From: Hypanus sabinus
Lineage: Eukaryota
DNA length: 64,000 nucleotides
Assembly (NCBI RefSeq): GCF_030144855.1
Contig: NC_082731.1
Span: 31,930,001-31,994,000 of the forward strand
Direction of reading: 5' to 3'
This document shows positions 24,621 to 36,210 of this stretch, one piece after another (within the stretch, counting starts at the first letter, position 1; each line of letters opens with the position of its first letter). Below the pieces are notes generated by a model that was not told the origin of the DNA, did no database searches, and was given only the letters and a program-made list of their open reading frames with translations. Made by a program: the position numbers and the translations under genes.

Positions 24621-25754
24621 AACTTAATAAGACTAGAGTCAAATATTACAGAGTTTTCCTTCACTATTAAAAACTTTCTTTAGATGGGGTATTGAAGCAA
24701 AGGAGTACTGATTGTGGATGATCAGCATTGATCACAGTGAATGGCAGTGCTGGCTCGAATGGCCGAATGGCCTACTCCTGCCCCTATTGTACTTTGTCAA
24801 AAACTAGGTGATTTCTCAGACGATCAGGTAAATGAGGAGTATGGTCTTGCACAGGCTAAAACTTTCCCCTTTGTCTGGGATTCTTCCACATCCTTCAGTC
24901 TTTGCAGCTGTCCTGCCGCCCGGGCCAAGCTGCCAGACCCTGGTGCTTTTGCGCCCAAGGGTTCTTCAGAAGTTAAGAATGAGGCATAAACGGTTCTCAA
25001 GAGCAAGGGAAGAAGCATGGCTAGAGAACGAGCAAAGAAGTCAAAGGCGGAGGATGCAGCGCAAGTTTCCAGAAAATACAGAGATAACTGTGGTCACTGA
25101 GAAACTCTGTGAGCAGCCATATCTATGTGTCAGTTGTCCGTCATTTTCGACAATGACGATAGGAAACTGTGTGGGAATCATCGCCCTGGGGCAGTTCCAC
25201 TCTCTCGAGCCCAGGAGCCCAACCCGGTGGTATGAGTGGTCGTCACATTTTTATAGGCGATTATGTAAAAATACAAACACGTGAAAGTTAAACTGCAAGA
25301 AATATGACAGTTCTACAGCACAATCCAACATGCCCTCGTACACCGAGGTCTCCGTCCCTCAACACACCCCACCATTCAGTGTGTCTGTCCTACCCTCGTA
25401 CACCGGTCCCTCTGTCCCTCAACACTCCCCACCATTCACAGTGTCTGTTCTACCCTCGTACACCGAGGTCCGCCTGTCCCTCGACACTCCTCACCATTCA
25501 CAGTGTGTGCAACACACACAAAATGCTGGTGGGACGCAGCAGGTCAGGCAGCATCTATAAGGAGAAGCACTGTCGACCTTTCGGGCCGAGACCCTTCATC
25601 AGGACTAACTGAAAGAAAAGATAGTAAGAGATTTGAAAGTAGGAGGGGGAGGGGGAAATGTGAAATGATAGGAGAAGACAGGAGGAGGTGGGGTGAAGCT
25701 AAGAGCTGGAAAGGTGATTGGCAAAAGGGATACAGAGCTGGAGAAGGGAAAGGG

Positions 25755-26290
25755 GTTAGACTATGAAAAGAGATTGAGTTGCCTGGGACTGTCCTCGCTG
25801 GAATTCAGAAGAATGAGAGGAGATCTTATAGAAACATACAGAATTACGAAGGGGAAGGATAAGAAACAGGCAAGAAAGTTTTTTCCACTGGTAGGCGAGA
25901 CTGGAACTAGGGGACAGGGCTTCAAGATTCGGGGGAGTAGATTTAAGACGGAGATGAGGAGGAACTGCTTTTCCCAGAGAGTGGTGAATCTCTGCCCAAT
26001 GAAGCAGTGGAGGCTGCCTTAGTTAACATACTTAAGGTTGGATAGATTTTGCATAGTAGGGGTTAAGAGTTATGGGGAAAAGGCGGGAAGGTGGAGATGA
26101 ATCCATGGTCAGATCTAACTGTCCTATGAAATCATCGTTGTAAATGATGCATTTTGTTATGTTTGTACTGACGGAAATAAATTAATTTCATTCATTCATT
26201 AGATCAGCCATGATCATATTGAATGGTGGGGCAGGCTCGATGGGCCGGATGCCTACTCCTGATCCTATTTCTTACGTTCTTAAACTCCTT
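25755..26290 (+). mobile_element. CR1 3' fragment
   Basis: LDYEKRLSCLGLSSLEFRRMRGDLIETY...FSQRVVNL. Confidence 0.8.
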
Positions 26291-26611
26291 CTGGCATTTC
26301 CCTGCCCATATCATTAACGGGTCTACATTGACCACACCACCACCGATCTGTGTGCCGTCTGAGAACTTAGCAACTCACCTATCTGCGGTTTAACCCAGGA
26401 CCTTTATGTAAATGGCAAAGAGCAGCGGTCCCACTACAGGTCCCGGCAGAACCACCGCTAGTTACATCTCACCGGCCAGACCACTGTCTTCTGTGGGCAG
26501 GCCAATTCTGAGTCCAAACAGCCAGCTCACCATGGATCCCACGCAGCTTAACCTAGTGGATGCGCTTCCCACACAGAGCCTCCTGTGACCTCCCTCTCTT
26601 GGTCCCTCCAG

Positions 26612-26923
26612 TTCGGCCTCCCAGTGTGCAGCTGCTGGCCCCGTTCCTGGACGGGGCGGTCTGGTCAGCGAGGGCTACGCTCATCTGCAAGGCGGTGGGG
26701 TTTTACCCCGAGAAGATCTCCTTCCGGTGGATGGTGGACAGAAGGTCCCACTCCCTGCCCACGGAGCAGGACGAGCCGGTCAGGAGCAGCGGCGGCACCT
26801 ACAGCGCTACCAGTCGGATACACATCCCGTTCCTGGAGTGGGACCGGATCAGGAGTGTCTACTGCTTGGTCACACACATCTCCAAAGCCACACACTTCGT
26901 CCAGGAGTTCCGGAGAAGAGCCG
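26612..26923 (+). CDS. IgSF receptor exon 3: C1-set domain 1
   Basis: PPSVQLLAP...ATLICKAVGFYPEKISFRW...TYSATSRIHIPFLEW...VYCLVTH is a typical C1 pattern. Acceptor CCCTCCAG, donor G|GTAAG, phase 1/1. Confidence 0.93.
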
Positions 26924-27514
26924 GTAAGACTGAGGCCTCCTCAGAGGACGGGGCGACCTAAACCACTCCATCCCATCAGCGAGCTCCAACTCTGTCCGAG
27001 TGACCCCCTTACAATCCTATACCTCTGTGATTCCATTCCTCCCGGCCTCACTGAAACCCCTCACTCACCTCTGTGAACGTATCCCACTACTACACCCCTC
27101 CGTCTTGACAAACCCCTTGATCCCCTGGGCCCTACTCGGTCTCCATGACACCATTACTCTCCGACCTGTCTATGTGACTCCTTCCCTCCTATCTTCGTGA
27201 CCACTCACCTCTCCGTCTCCTTCCCGACAACAACCCAGTTAAGCTGACTCCATTCCTCATTGCACCCCTCTACGTTACCGTGACAACTCCCAGCCCCACG
27301 TCTCCTTGAACAAACGCCCGTCCCTTTTCTGTGATCCCCTCACTCCCATCTCCTCGTGTCGGTGACCCCCCCTCCCTATTCTACCCCTCTCCCTGTCTCT
27401 GAGACTCCTCCCTCCCCACCGTGACCCTCTGCAGTTTCTGGTCCCCAGCCGAATTCCCCCTCCCGCAGGGAACGACAGACACGGTTTGTTGTGTGACCAC
27501 ATCCTCTCTCTCAG

Positions 27515-27832
27515 TTCCAGCCCCACAGCCGCCGATCACGTTCCTGCTACGGCCCCCTGATACCCCCTCCGGGGACGGAGCCAGCGTCACGCTCACCTGT
27601 GGGGCCAGCGGATTCTACCCAGTATCTCTCTCCTTTGGCTGGGAGGTGGAGGGGAGGCTGGTGGACTCAGGGGTCTGGAACACGGAGCCGGTGAGAACCC
27701 CCAACGGCACCTACCTGGCCATTAGCACTCTGAACACCCCTCGATTCCTCTGGAGCTCGGGGGCTCGCTACACGTGTCTGATCACCCACCAGGAGCTGGA
27801 TCAGCCCATCAGAAAGAACATCAGCCTCAACG
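27515..27832 (+). CDS. IgSF receptor exon 4: C1-set domain 2
   Basis: PPITFLLRPP...VTLTCGASGFYPVSLSFGW...NGTYLAISTL...WSSGARYTCLITHQELDQPIRKNISL. Acceptor TCTCTCTCAG (alternative in-frame start 27521), donor G|GTGAGT, phase 1/1. Confidence 0.93.
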
Positions 27833-27892
27833 GTGAGTGGGTTGAGGTGGGGGGGGGGGGGGTCCCATATCTGCAGCTCACAATCATCTCCG

Positions 27893-28346
27893 AATCCCTG
27901 GGTCAGACCCACACCGGGAGAATTGTGCACAGTTCCCGTCTCCCTATCCCTGGGTCAGACCCACACCGGGAGCACCATGCACAGTTCCCATCTCTGTATC
28001 CCTGGGTCAGACCCTCACCGGGAGCACCGTGCACAGTTCCCATCTCCCTATCCCTGGGTCAGACCCTCACCGGGAGCACCGTGCTCAGTTCCCGTCTCCC
28101 TATCCCTGGGTCAGACCCTCACCGGGAGCACCGTGCTCAGTTCCCGTCTCCCTATCCCTGGGTCAGACCCTCACCGGGAGCACCGTGCTCAGTTCCCGTC
28201 TCCCTATCCCTGGGTCAGACCCTCACTGGGAGCACCGTGCACAGTTCCCATCTCCCTATCCCTGGGTCAGACCCACACTGGGAGCACCGTGCTCAGTTCC
28301 CGTCTCCCTATCCCTGGGTCAGACCCTCACCGGGAGCACCATGCAC
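27893..28346. repeat. 52-bp family A array, left arm (split by the Rex1 element)
   Basis: The array resumes at 31852-32270. Confidence 0.9.
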
Positions 28347-28347
28347 A

Positions 28348-31300
28348 TACTCCAAGATGGCGCCAGTATCTGGCGACTCTGTGCGTGCTCTCCCAAGCAA
28401 ACTGCCCTCTACACTATCCTATACCCGAGAAACCGTTATAAACCTCCCAATTTGCTACACCTAGTAAGATCAACAACACCCTGGCGAAGTTACTGACCCA
28501 GCAGGAGATCATCGATGCGCCAGAATTGCTTCAACTCCGGACCCGATCGTCGAGGCCTGGTCCGATGTCCACCACGCTCCCGGAGACCCGCGGCCTGCTA
28601 CCGTGTCAGAGTGCCTGGAGACATGACCCATTCCAACCAGCACCTCTCGGAAGCAGACGACCACACAGAACTGATTTCAGAGACCTCAAGATACCCCAGA
28701 CGCTTCCATGGCGTGACTACCATAGAGCCTCATTGGTGGCTATCCGCAGCTGCCAGAAGAGAGGACTCCGCCGCCGACCTCGGAAATCGAGCCCGGTGCT
28801 CGGCTGGAGCGGAGGCCTCCGCAACCGTGACACAGTTCATGGACTTGTTTCAGTCGGCAGCCTGGCCCTCCGGGATTAAATGTTGGCTTCAGTGCCCGAC
28901 CCGATCGACAGCCCGGGCCCCCGGCAGTTGGAAGTGGCTCCCCGTCACTCGGCCCGACCTGGATCGCCCGACAACGTGACCTGCGATCGATCCCTGCGGG
29001 ATGAGTCCACCAACCTTGGCATCAACTGCATTGATGGAAACCTGGAAAGATGCACAATTTACCGAGGAAGTGTGGGAAAAGAGCTGGGCTGCTGGTCAGA
29101 TTGAAGCGGAGGGGCTTCTGCCCACCGTCCTACTAGCTAATGTGCAAGCCATAGAGAACAAGGTAGATGATCTTAAAGGGAGACTCGCCTACTGCAGGGA
29201 GATGCAGAACTGCTGTGTATTCTGTTTCACAGAGACCTGGCTCTCCCCTGCCACCCCCGACTGTGCCATCCGACCAGAGGGATTTTCGATCCATCGGATG
29301 GACCGCACGGCATCTTCGGGCAAGACGAAGGGAGGTGGACTCTGCCTACTGATCAACACTGCGTGGTGCTCGGACACAGTGGCACTGACAAGCACCTGCA
29401 GTCCTGGAACATCTGTCGGTGAAGTGTCGTCCCTACTATCTGCCACGGGAACTCACCTCGGTCATACTGACAGCGGTCTACATTCCCCCCCAGGCAGACG
29501 TGGAGTGTGCTGTGAATACACTGTATGCCAACATCAGTGAACTTGAGACCAGGTATCCAGAGGCTTTGCTCATTACAGCCGGGGACTTTAACCAGGCCAA
29601 CCTCAGAAAAGCGCTGCCAAAGTTATACCAACATGTCTACTGCTCCACTAGAGGCCCAAATATACTTGACCACTGCTACACAGTAGTCAAGGATGCCTAC
29701 CTTTCCGTCCAATGACCTCACTTCGGAAAATCGGACCATCAGCCGTATTCCTCCTCCCGGCTTACAAACAGAAACTGAAGTGGGAGGTCACGGTGTCAAA
29801 AGTGGTGTCGCGTTGGACAGAGGAAGTGGATGAAGTCCTCCGTGACTGCTTTGAATCGGTGGACTGGTTAGTATTCAAGGACTTGGCAGTTAACCTCGCT
29901 GAGTATGCCTCAGCTGTCATGGACTTCTGCTGGAAATGCAGAGGACTATGTGTCTCACAAGACGATCCGGGTATTCCCTAACCAGAAACCTTGGCTGAAT
30001 TATAAGGTCCAGACTCTTTTGAAGGCTAGAGCTGCAGCTTTTAGGTCCGGAGATACCAATCGCTACATGGAATCCAGGCGTGAACTCCGGAAAGCCATTA
30101 AGGGTGCCAAGAGGCAATTGAGCCTAATTGGAAGCCCAGGCTAACCAGAGGGATGCCAGTAGACTATGGCAGGGTCTAAATGGGTGCAAAGAAAAGGCTG
30201 GGAATATCAATAACTGTAGTGCTTCTCTTCCTGACAATCTTAACGTATTCTACGCAAGATTCGAACAATTGAAGAGTGTCCCGCCCCCTCCGGATGATCC
30301 GGACCTGGTGGCATCAAGATTCATCATCACAGAGAAAGACGTTAGAAGAGCCTTCCGGAAGATAAATCCAAGGAAGGCGACGGGCCCAAATGGCATCTCG
30401 GGATGGGTTCTCCGGGCCTGTGCAAGCGAGCTAGCTGGTGTGTTTGCTAACATCTTCTAAGATCCCCTCGCGTTTTAAGAAGGCAACGATAATCCCGGTG
30501 CTGAGGAAAAGCAAGGTGGCATGCCTGAATGACTACCGACCTGTGGCTCTGACATCAATTGCTATGAAGTGCTTTGAGCGATTAGTTATGGCACACATCA
30601 ACCAAAACCTACTGGTCAACCTCACCGCTTTGCAATTCGCCTACCAGAGCAACAGGTCAACGGCAGATGCCATTTCTCTGGCACTACATTCCTCCTTAGA
30701 ACACCTGGAGAATAAAGACGCATATGGAAGGCTCCTTTTCATTGACTACAGCTCTGCCTTTAATACCATCATTCCAAATAAACTGATTCCTATGCTCTGG
30801 AACCTGGGTCTTAGCATTCAGATCTGCAGCTGGATCTTCAACTTCCTCACAGACAAGACCCAGGCTGTAAAAATAGGGGACCAGCTCTCCTCTACAATCA
30901 CTCTGAGCACTGCTGCCCCACAAGGCTGTGTACTCAGCCCCCTGCTGTACTCAGTGTACACCCATGATTGTGTACCAAGTTTCCATCAAACTCAATATAT
31001 AAGTTTGCTGATGACAGCACAATTGTAGGCCGTATCTTGGGTAATGATGAGTCTGAGGAAATTAAGAACCTGGTGGCAAGGTGTGAAGACAATAACCTAT
31101 CCCTCAACGTCAGCAAGGCGAAGGAATTGGTTATTGATTTCAGAAGGAGTAGTGGACCACACGACCCCATCTACATTGGTGGTGCACAGGTGGAACAGGT
31201 CAAAAGCTTTAAGTTCCTCGGGGTGAATATCACAAATGACCTGATTTGGTCTAACCAAGCAGAGTCCACTGCCAAGAAGGCCCACCAGCACCTTTACTTC

Positions 31301-31851
31301 GTGAGAAAGCTGAAGAAATTTGGCCTGTCCCCTAAAACCCTCACTAATTTTTATAGATGCACTGTAGAAAGCATTTTTCTAGGATGCATCACAACCTGGT
31401 ATGGAAGTTGTCCTGTCCAAGATCAGAAGAAGTTGCAGAAGATCGTGAACACAGCACAGCACATCACACAAACCAATCTTCCATCCTTGGACTTACTTTA
31501 CACCGCATGCTGTCGGAGCAGTGCTGCCAGGATAATCACGGACAAGACCCACCCAGCCAACACACTTTTTGTCCTTCTTCCCTGCAGGAGAAGGTTCAGG
31601 AGCATGAAGATACATATGGCCAGATTTGGGAACTGCTGAACAGATCCAGACACGGATCTGGGCCGTACCTTCCAAATATCCGGACCTGACTTGCACTACC
31701 TTACTTTCCCTTTTCTATTTTCTAATTATGATTTATAATTTAAATTTTTATTATAATTACTTCAATTTGTACTTCAGGGAGCGCAAAGCGCAGGATCAAA
31801 TATTGCTGTGATGATTGTACGCTTTAGTATCAATTGTTTGGTGACAATAAA
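28348..31851 (+). mobile_element. Rex1/Babar-like non-LTR retrotransposon, near full length, defective
   Basis: EN motifs (LLANVQAIENK, CFTETWL, AGDFN) and RT motifs ([35 protein letters not shown]) across frameshifted ORFs; ends in AATAAAG; inserted in a 52-bp satellite array. Confidence 0.85.
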
Positions 31852-32430
31852 GTTCCTGTCTCCAAATCCCTGGGTCAGAGCCACACTGGGAGCACCGTGC
31901 ACGGTTCCCATTTCTGTATCCCTGGGTCAGACCCACACCGGGAGCACCGTGCACAGTTCCCATCTCCGTATCCCCGAGTCCGACCCATACTGGGAGCACC
32001 GTGCACAGTTCCCGTTTCTATATCCCTGGGTCAGACCCACACCGGGAGCACCATGCACAGTTCCTGTCTCCGTATCCCTGGGTCAGACCCACACCAGGAG
32101 CACCGTGCACAGTTCCTGTCTCCGTATCCCTGGTCAGACCCACACCGGGTGCACCGTGCACAGTTCCTGTCTCCAAATCCCTGGGTTAGACCCACACAGG
32201 GAGCACCGTGCACAGTTCCCATCTCTGCATGCCTGGGTCAGACCCACACCAGGAGCGCCGTGCGTGGTTAATTACTGATAAAAACACAAAATGCTGGCAG
32301 AACTCAGCAGGCCAGACAGCATCTATGGGAGTAGGTAGTGACGACGTTTCGGGCTGAATGGTTTCTATTTATTTCCCGCATCTGCAGATTCACTCCATGG
32401 TTAATTACTGACCTGTTTTCTGTCTCGTAG

Positions 32431-32594
32431 ATAGCTGCCAACCGACCTGGTGTCCCAGGGAGATCAGCTGGCTGTGGTTAGCAGCTGCCATGGCCACGAA
32501 GGTGATCTACACTGGCATCGTGCTGTGCATTTTCCATGGCATCTGGACGTGTTGGCAGAGGAGGAGAGGTTCGTCTGCCTTTCCTTGGGGGTAG
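32431..32594 (+). CDS. IgSF receptor exon 5: connecting peptide, transmembrane helix with Lys, short cytoplasmic tail
   Basis: Acceptor TTTTCTGTCTCGTAG. In phase 1 it reads DSCQPTWCPREISWLWLAAAMATKVIYTGIVLCIFHGIWTCWQRRRGSSAFPWG*, with a hydrophobic span followed by an RRR stop-transfer. Not shown in the ORF track because this frame has no upstream start. Confidence 0.8.
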
Positions 32595-33670
32595 TGCTAG
32601 TTGGCAAGATGATTGTGGCAGGGCCTGGATGAGGGTGGCTTCTCACGTAAAATCATCTGCAGATACGGTTTACGGGGCTCAGACGCCAGGCACAGACTTA
32701 GGTGACGCTCAGACTGCTAGTGCAGACACAGACGGGAGGTAGACGGCAGCTACAGATCCAGGTGAAGCCCGACAGCAGGCGCAGACGGAGACAGAGGGTT
32801 CCGGCGGCAGACGGAGACTGGAGGATGTCTCAGACAGCAGTCGCACACGCGGAATTGAGTCAACAGTGAAGATGCAGACAGAAGATTATGGGGGGAGGAT
32901 CAGAAGGCAGGCCGAGTCTGGGATGGGGAGACAGGGGTCGCGGGTGAGGGAGGGACAAGAAGGTCTCAGCTCCGCACCGCTGACGGTTGTTTGGGTCCGG
33001 CTCCGGGAACACCCACTGAAATGACGGATGATTATCTTCCCCCCTCCCCCGACAGGATCCATTCCAGAATCTCTCTGGGTAAACCTGGACATCCCAATGG
33101 AGAAGATCCCAGAAGACGTTGGGAAAGGGTAGGTTGCGGGGGGGTTGTGGCAGGAAGTCCAGTACAGCACCCTGGGGACTTGTTCAGTGTGTGTAACGCT
33201 GGCCACGAGAGGTTGGCATCAGGTCGGCAATTGCAAGCCCGAGGTGGTGTGATCGAGGTGACGCCCGCTTACACTCTTTAGGTCCGAGTCCTGTCAATCC
33301 AATGTCTGTCTCAAGGTAGTAACTATCTACCCCGGGGTAACAGATACCGGCGGTCTCTCTGTTGCTTCGTAACGTTATGAACCTCTATTAGGTCACTCCA
33401 CAGCCTCCAGTGCTCTAGAGAAAGAGCTATGACCTGTCCAGTCCCTTTCTATAGCTAAAATCCTGGCAATAATTCAGCGAATCCCCTCTACCCTTCCTCC
33501 AGCATAATCCTACCCCTCCCGTAGCCGGGCAAACAGAACTGTACGTAAGACCATAAGGAGCAGAGTTGGACCATTCAGCCCATCGAGCCTGCTCATTCCA
33601 TCAACCTTCTTAACCCCATTCTGCTGCCTTCTCCCCATAACCTCTGATGCCCTGGCTAATAAAGAACCTA

Positions 33671-34128
33671 CAAGGGGTGATTGATAAGTTCATGGCCCAA
33701 GGTAGAAGGAGTCAATTTTAGAAAACCTAGCACATTTATTTTTCAACACAGTCCCCTCCTACATGTACACACTTAGTCCAGCGGTCGTGGGGCATACGGA
33801 TCCCTTCTTTGTAGAAGTGGTCCACAGCATGGGGTGATTGATAAGTCTGTGACCTAAGGTAGAAAGAGATGAGTTATTAACTTCAAACTTTCTGCATAAT
33901 CACTCAAAGAGTTGAACTGCACATGCATGTACCGAGAGTGTCTTGGACCAGCAGGTGGTCTACAGCAGGGGTGATTGATAAGTTCGTGGCCTAAGGTAGG
34001 GGATGAGTTAGTTATACAGTTCTTGTTACATGTACGTGCAGTTCAACTCTGAGGAAGAATGCAGAAAGTTTGAAGTTAATAACTCATCTCCTTCCACCTT
34101 AGGCCATGAACTTATCAATCACCCCTTG
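33671..34128. mobile_element. Tc1/mariner-type MITE with internal TIR copies
   Basis: TA|CAAGGGGTGATTGATAAGTTCATGGCC ... GGCCATGAACTTATCAATCACCCCTTG|TA, with two further internal GGGGTGATTGATAAG copies. Confidence 0.85.
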
Positions 34129-34134
34129 TATGTA

Positions 34135-34990
34135 GGTGTTATATATACTTGCAGTATACAGAATAAGGTAGATGAACTCACAGACGGGGAATGGCAGGTA
34201 TGATGTTGTGGGCGTCCGAGTCATGGCTGAAAGAAGATTATAGCTGGGAGATTAACATCCAAGGCTTCACATTGTATTGAAAGGACAGGCAGGTGGGCAG
34301 AGGGGGTGGGGTAGCTCAGTTGATTAAAAAAAAATGAAATCAAATCCTTAGAATGAGGTGACATATGACCAGAAGATGTCGAATCCTTGTGGACAGAGTT
34401 AAGGAACTGCAAGGGTAAAAAGACCCTGAGGGGAGTTACATTCAGACCTCCGAACAGTAGCAAAGGTGTGGGCTACAAGTTGCGTCAGGAGATAGAAAAT
34501 GCATGTTAAAAGGGCAATGTGACAATAGGTCATGCGGGATTTCAATAGATTGGGAATATCAAGTTGGTGTTGGATCCCAAGAGGGTGAGTTTGTAGAATG
34601 CCTACGAGATGGCTTTTTAAAGCAGCATATGGTTGAACCCACTAGGGTATTAGATATTCTGGATTGGGTGTTGTGCAATGAACCAGAATCGATTAGAGAG
34701 CGTAAGGTAAAGGAATCCTTAGTGGAAAGTGAGCATAGTATTATCAAATTCACCCAGCAGTTTGAGGGGGAGAAGCAAGAGTCAGATGTATCAGTATTAC
34801 AATGGAGTAAGGGGAATTACAGAAGCTTGAGAGGGCAGCTGGCCAGAATTGATTGGAAGGGAACACTGGCAGGGATGATGGCAGAGCGGCAATGGCTGGA
34901 GTTTCTGGGAGCAATTCTTACTGTGTAGGATAGATACATGCAAAAAAAGAAAAGAATTCTAAAGGCAGGATGACCAACCATGGCTGACAA
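34135..34990 (+). mobile_element. CR1 endonuclease-region fragment
   Basis: EFVECLRDGFLKQHMVEPTR...LDWVLCNE...WSKGNY. Confidence 0.75.
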
Positions 34991-35459
34991 GAGAGTCCAG
35001 ATAGATTCGAGAGGCAGGGCGTCAAGACCGGAAGCAAGGGTCAAGCCAATTTCGCTTGCTCGCCCACGATTCTCTGTGGCGCTGAGGCCGTGAGGTTGCT
35101 CCAGATTTGTGTCTGCTAACAAGACGAACTGAGACTGAGGCTTTAGGCCTAGGGATTCGGGTCCAAGGATTTGAAATGCTCTTGCTTTCTTCTGTTGTCT
35201 GCATGATTTGTGTTTCTATTTTCTTTCACTGCGCATGGTTTTTTAATTGGGTGTTTGCTTTGTGGCTGCCTGTAAGCAGGCCAATCTCAAGGCTGTATAA
35301 TGTATACACATACTTTGATAATAAATGTAATTTGAACCATTTGAAGTGGGGCTTAGAGGGAAATTGGATCAGCTATGATGAAATGCCAGAGCAGACTCGA
35401 TGGGCCAAATGGCCTAATTCTGCTCCTGTAGCTTATGGCCTTATGGTCCTAACATTGAG

Positions 35460-36210
35460 GGATTAGATTAGATTCAACTTTATTGTCATTGTGCCAAGTA
35501 CAGATACAAAGCCAATGAAATGCAGTTAGCATCTAACCAGAAATGCGAAGAAGTGTTATTTACAGAATAACTGTGAATAAAAAGTAAGTGCTACAGCACA
35601 CAAATATAAAAGTACTGAGACAGTACAATATGGGGGAAATACTGCTTAGCGCTGTGATGTGAGGTTCAGCAGGGTCACAGCCTCAGGGAAGAAGCTCTTC
35701 CTGTGCCTGCTGGTGTGGGAGTGGAGGCTCCTATAGCGCCTACCGGATGGGAGGAGAGTAAAACGTTCATGGTTAGGGTGATAATGCATCGATAATGCTT
35801 TTCGCCCTGCCCAGGCAGCGTTTATGGTAGATGTTCTCACTGGTAGGCAATTGGGTGTTGATAATTCGCTGGACAGTTTTCACCACCCGCTGGTCTGCTT
35901 TGCGGTCCGATACGGGACAATTGCCATACCTCATTGAGATGCAGTTGGTGAGTCTGCTCTCAATGGTACAGCGGTAAAAGTCTGTCAGTATCCTGGGACA
36001 GAGATGAGCTTTCTTGATGCTCCGCAGGAAATAAAGGCGCTGTTGTGTCTTTTTGATCAGGATGGAGGAATTCGGGGACGAGGAGAGATACTCGGAAATG
36101 TTGACACCAGGGAATTTGAAGCTTGATACAAGCTCCACGACAGCTCCATTGATGTAGACGGGGATGTGAGTATGGCTCCGAGCATGCATAAAGTCCACCA
36201 TGATCTCCTT
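35460..36210 (-). mobile_element. Rex1-like 3' fragment
   Basis: VSSFKFPGVNISE...QQRLYFLRSIKK...FYRCTIES. Confidence 0.8.

Noticed and set aside
12191-32594. Calling the IgSF gene an IgM/IgW/IgNAR heavy chain or a TCR chain
   Set aside because: It has two C1 domains (TCR chains have one; these heavy chains usually have more), no D/J segments or RSS, and a TM unlike the Ig CART motif. No gene symbol assigned.
33060-33135. Minus-strand RFTQRDSG resembling METTL3 RFKQRYPDG
   Set aside because: Similarity is too short and the upstream GNQLDG is absent.
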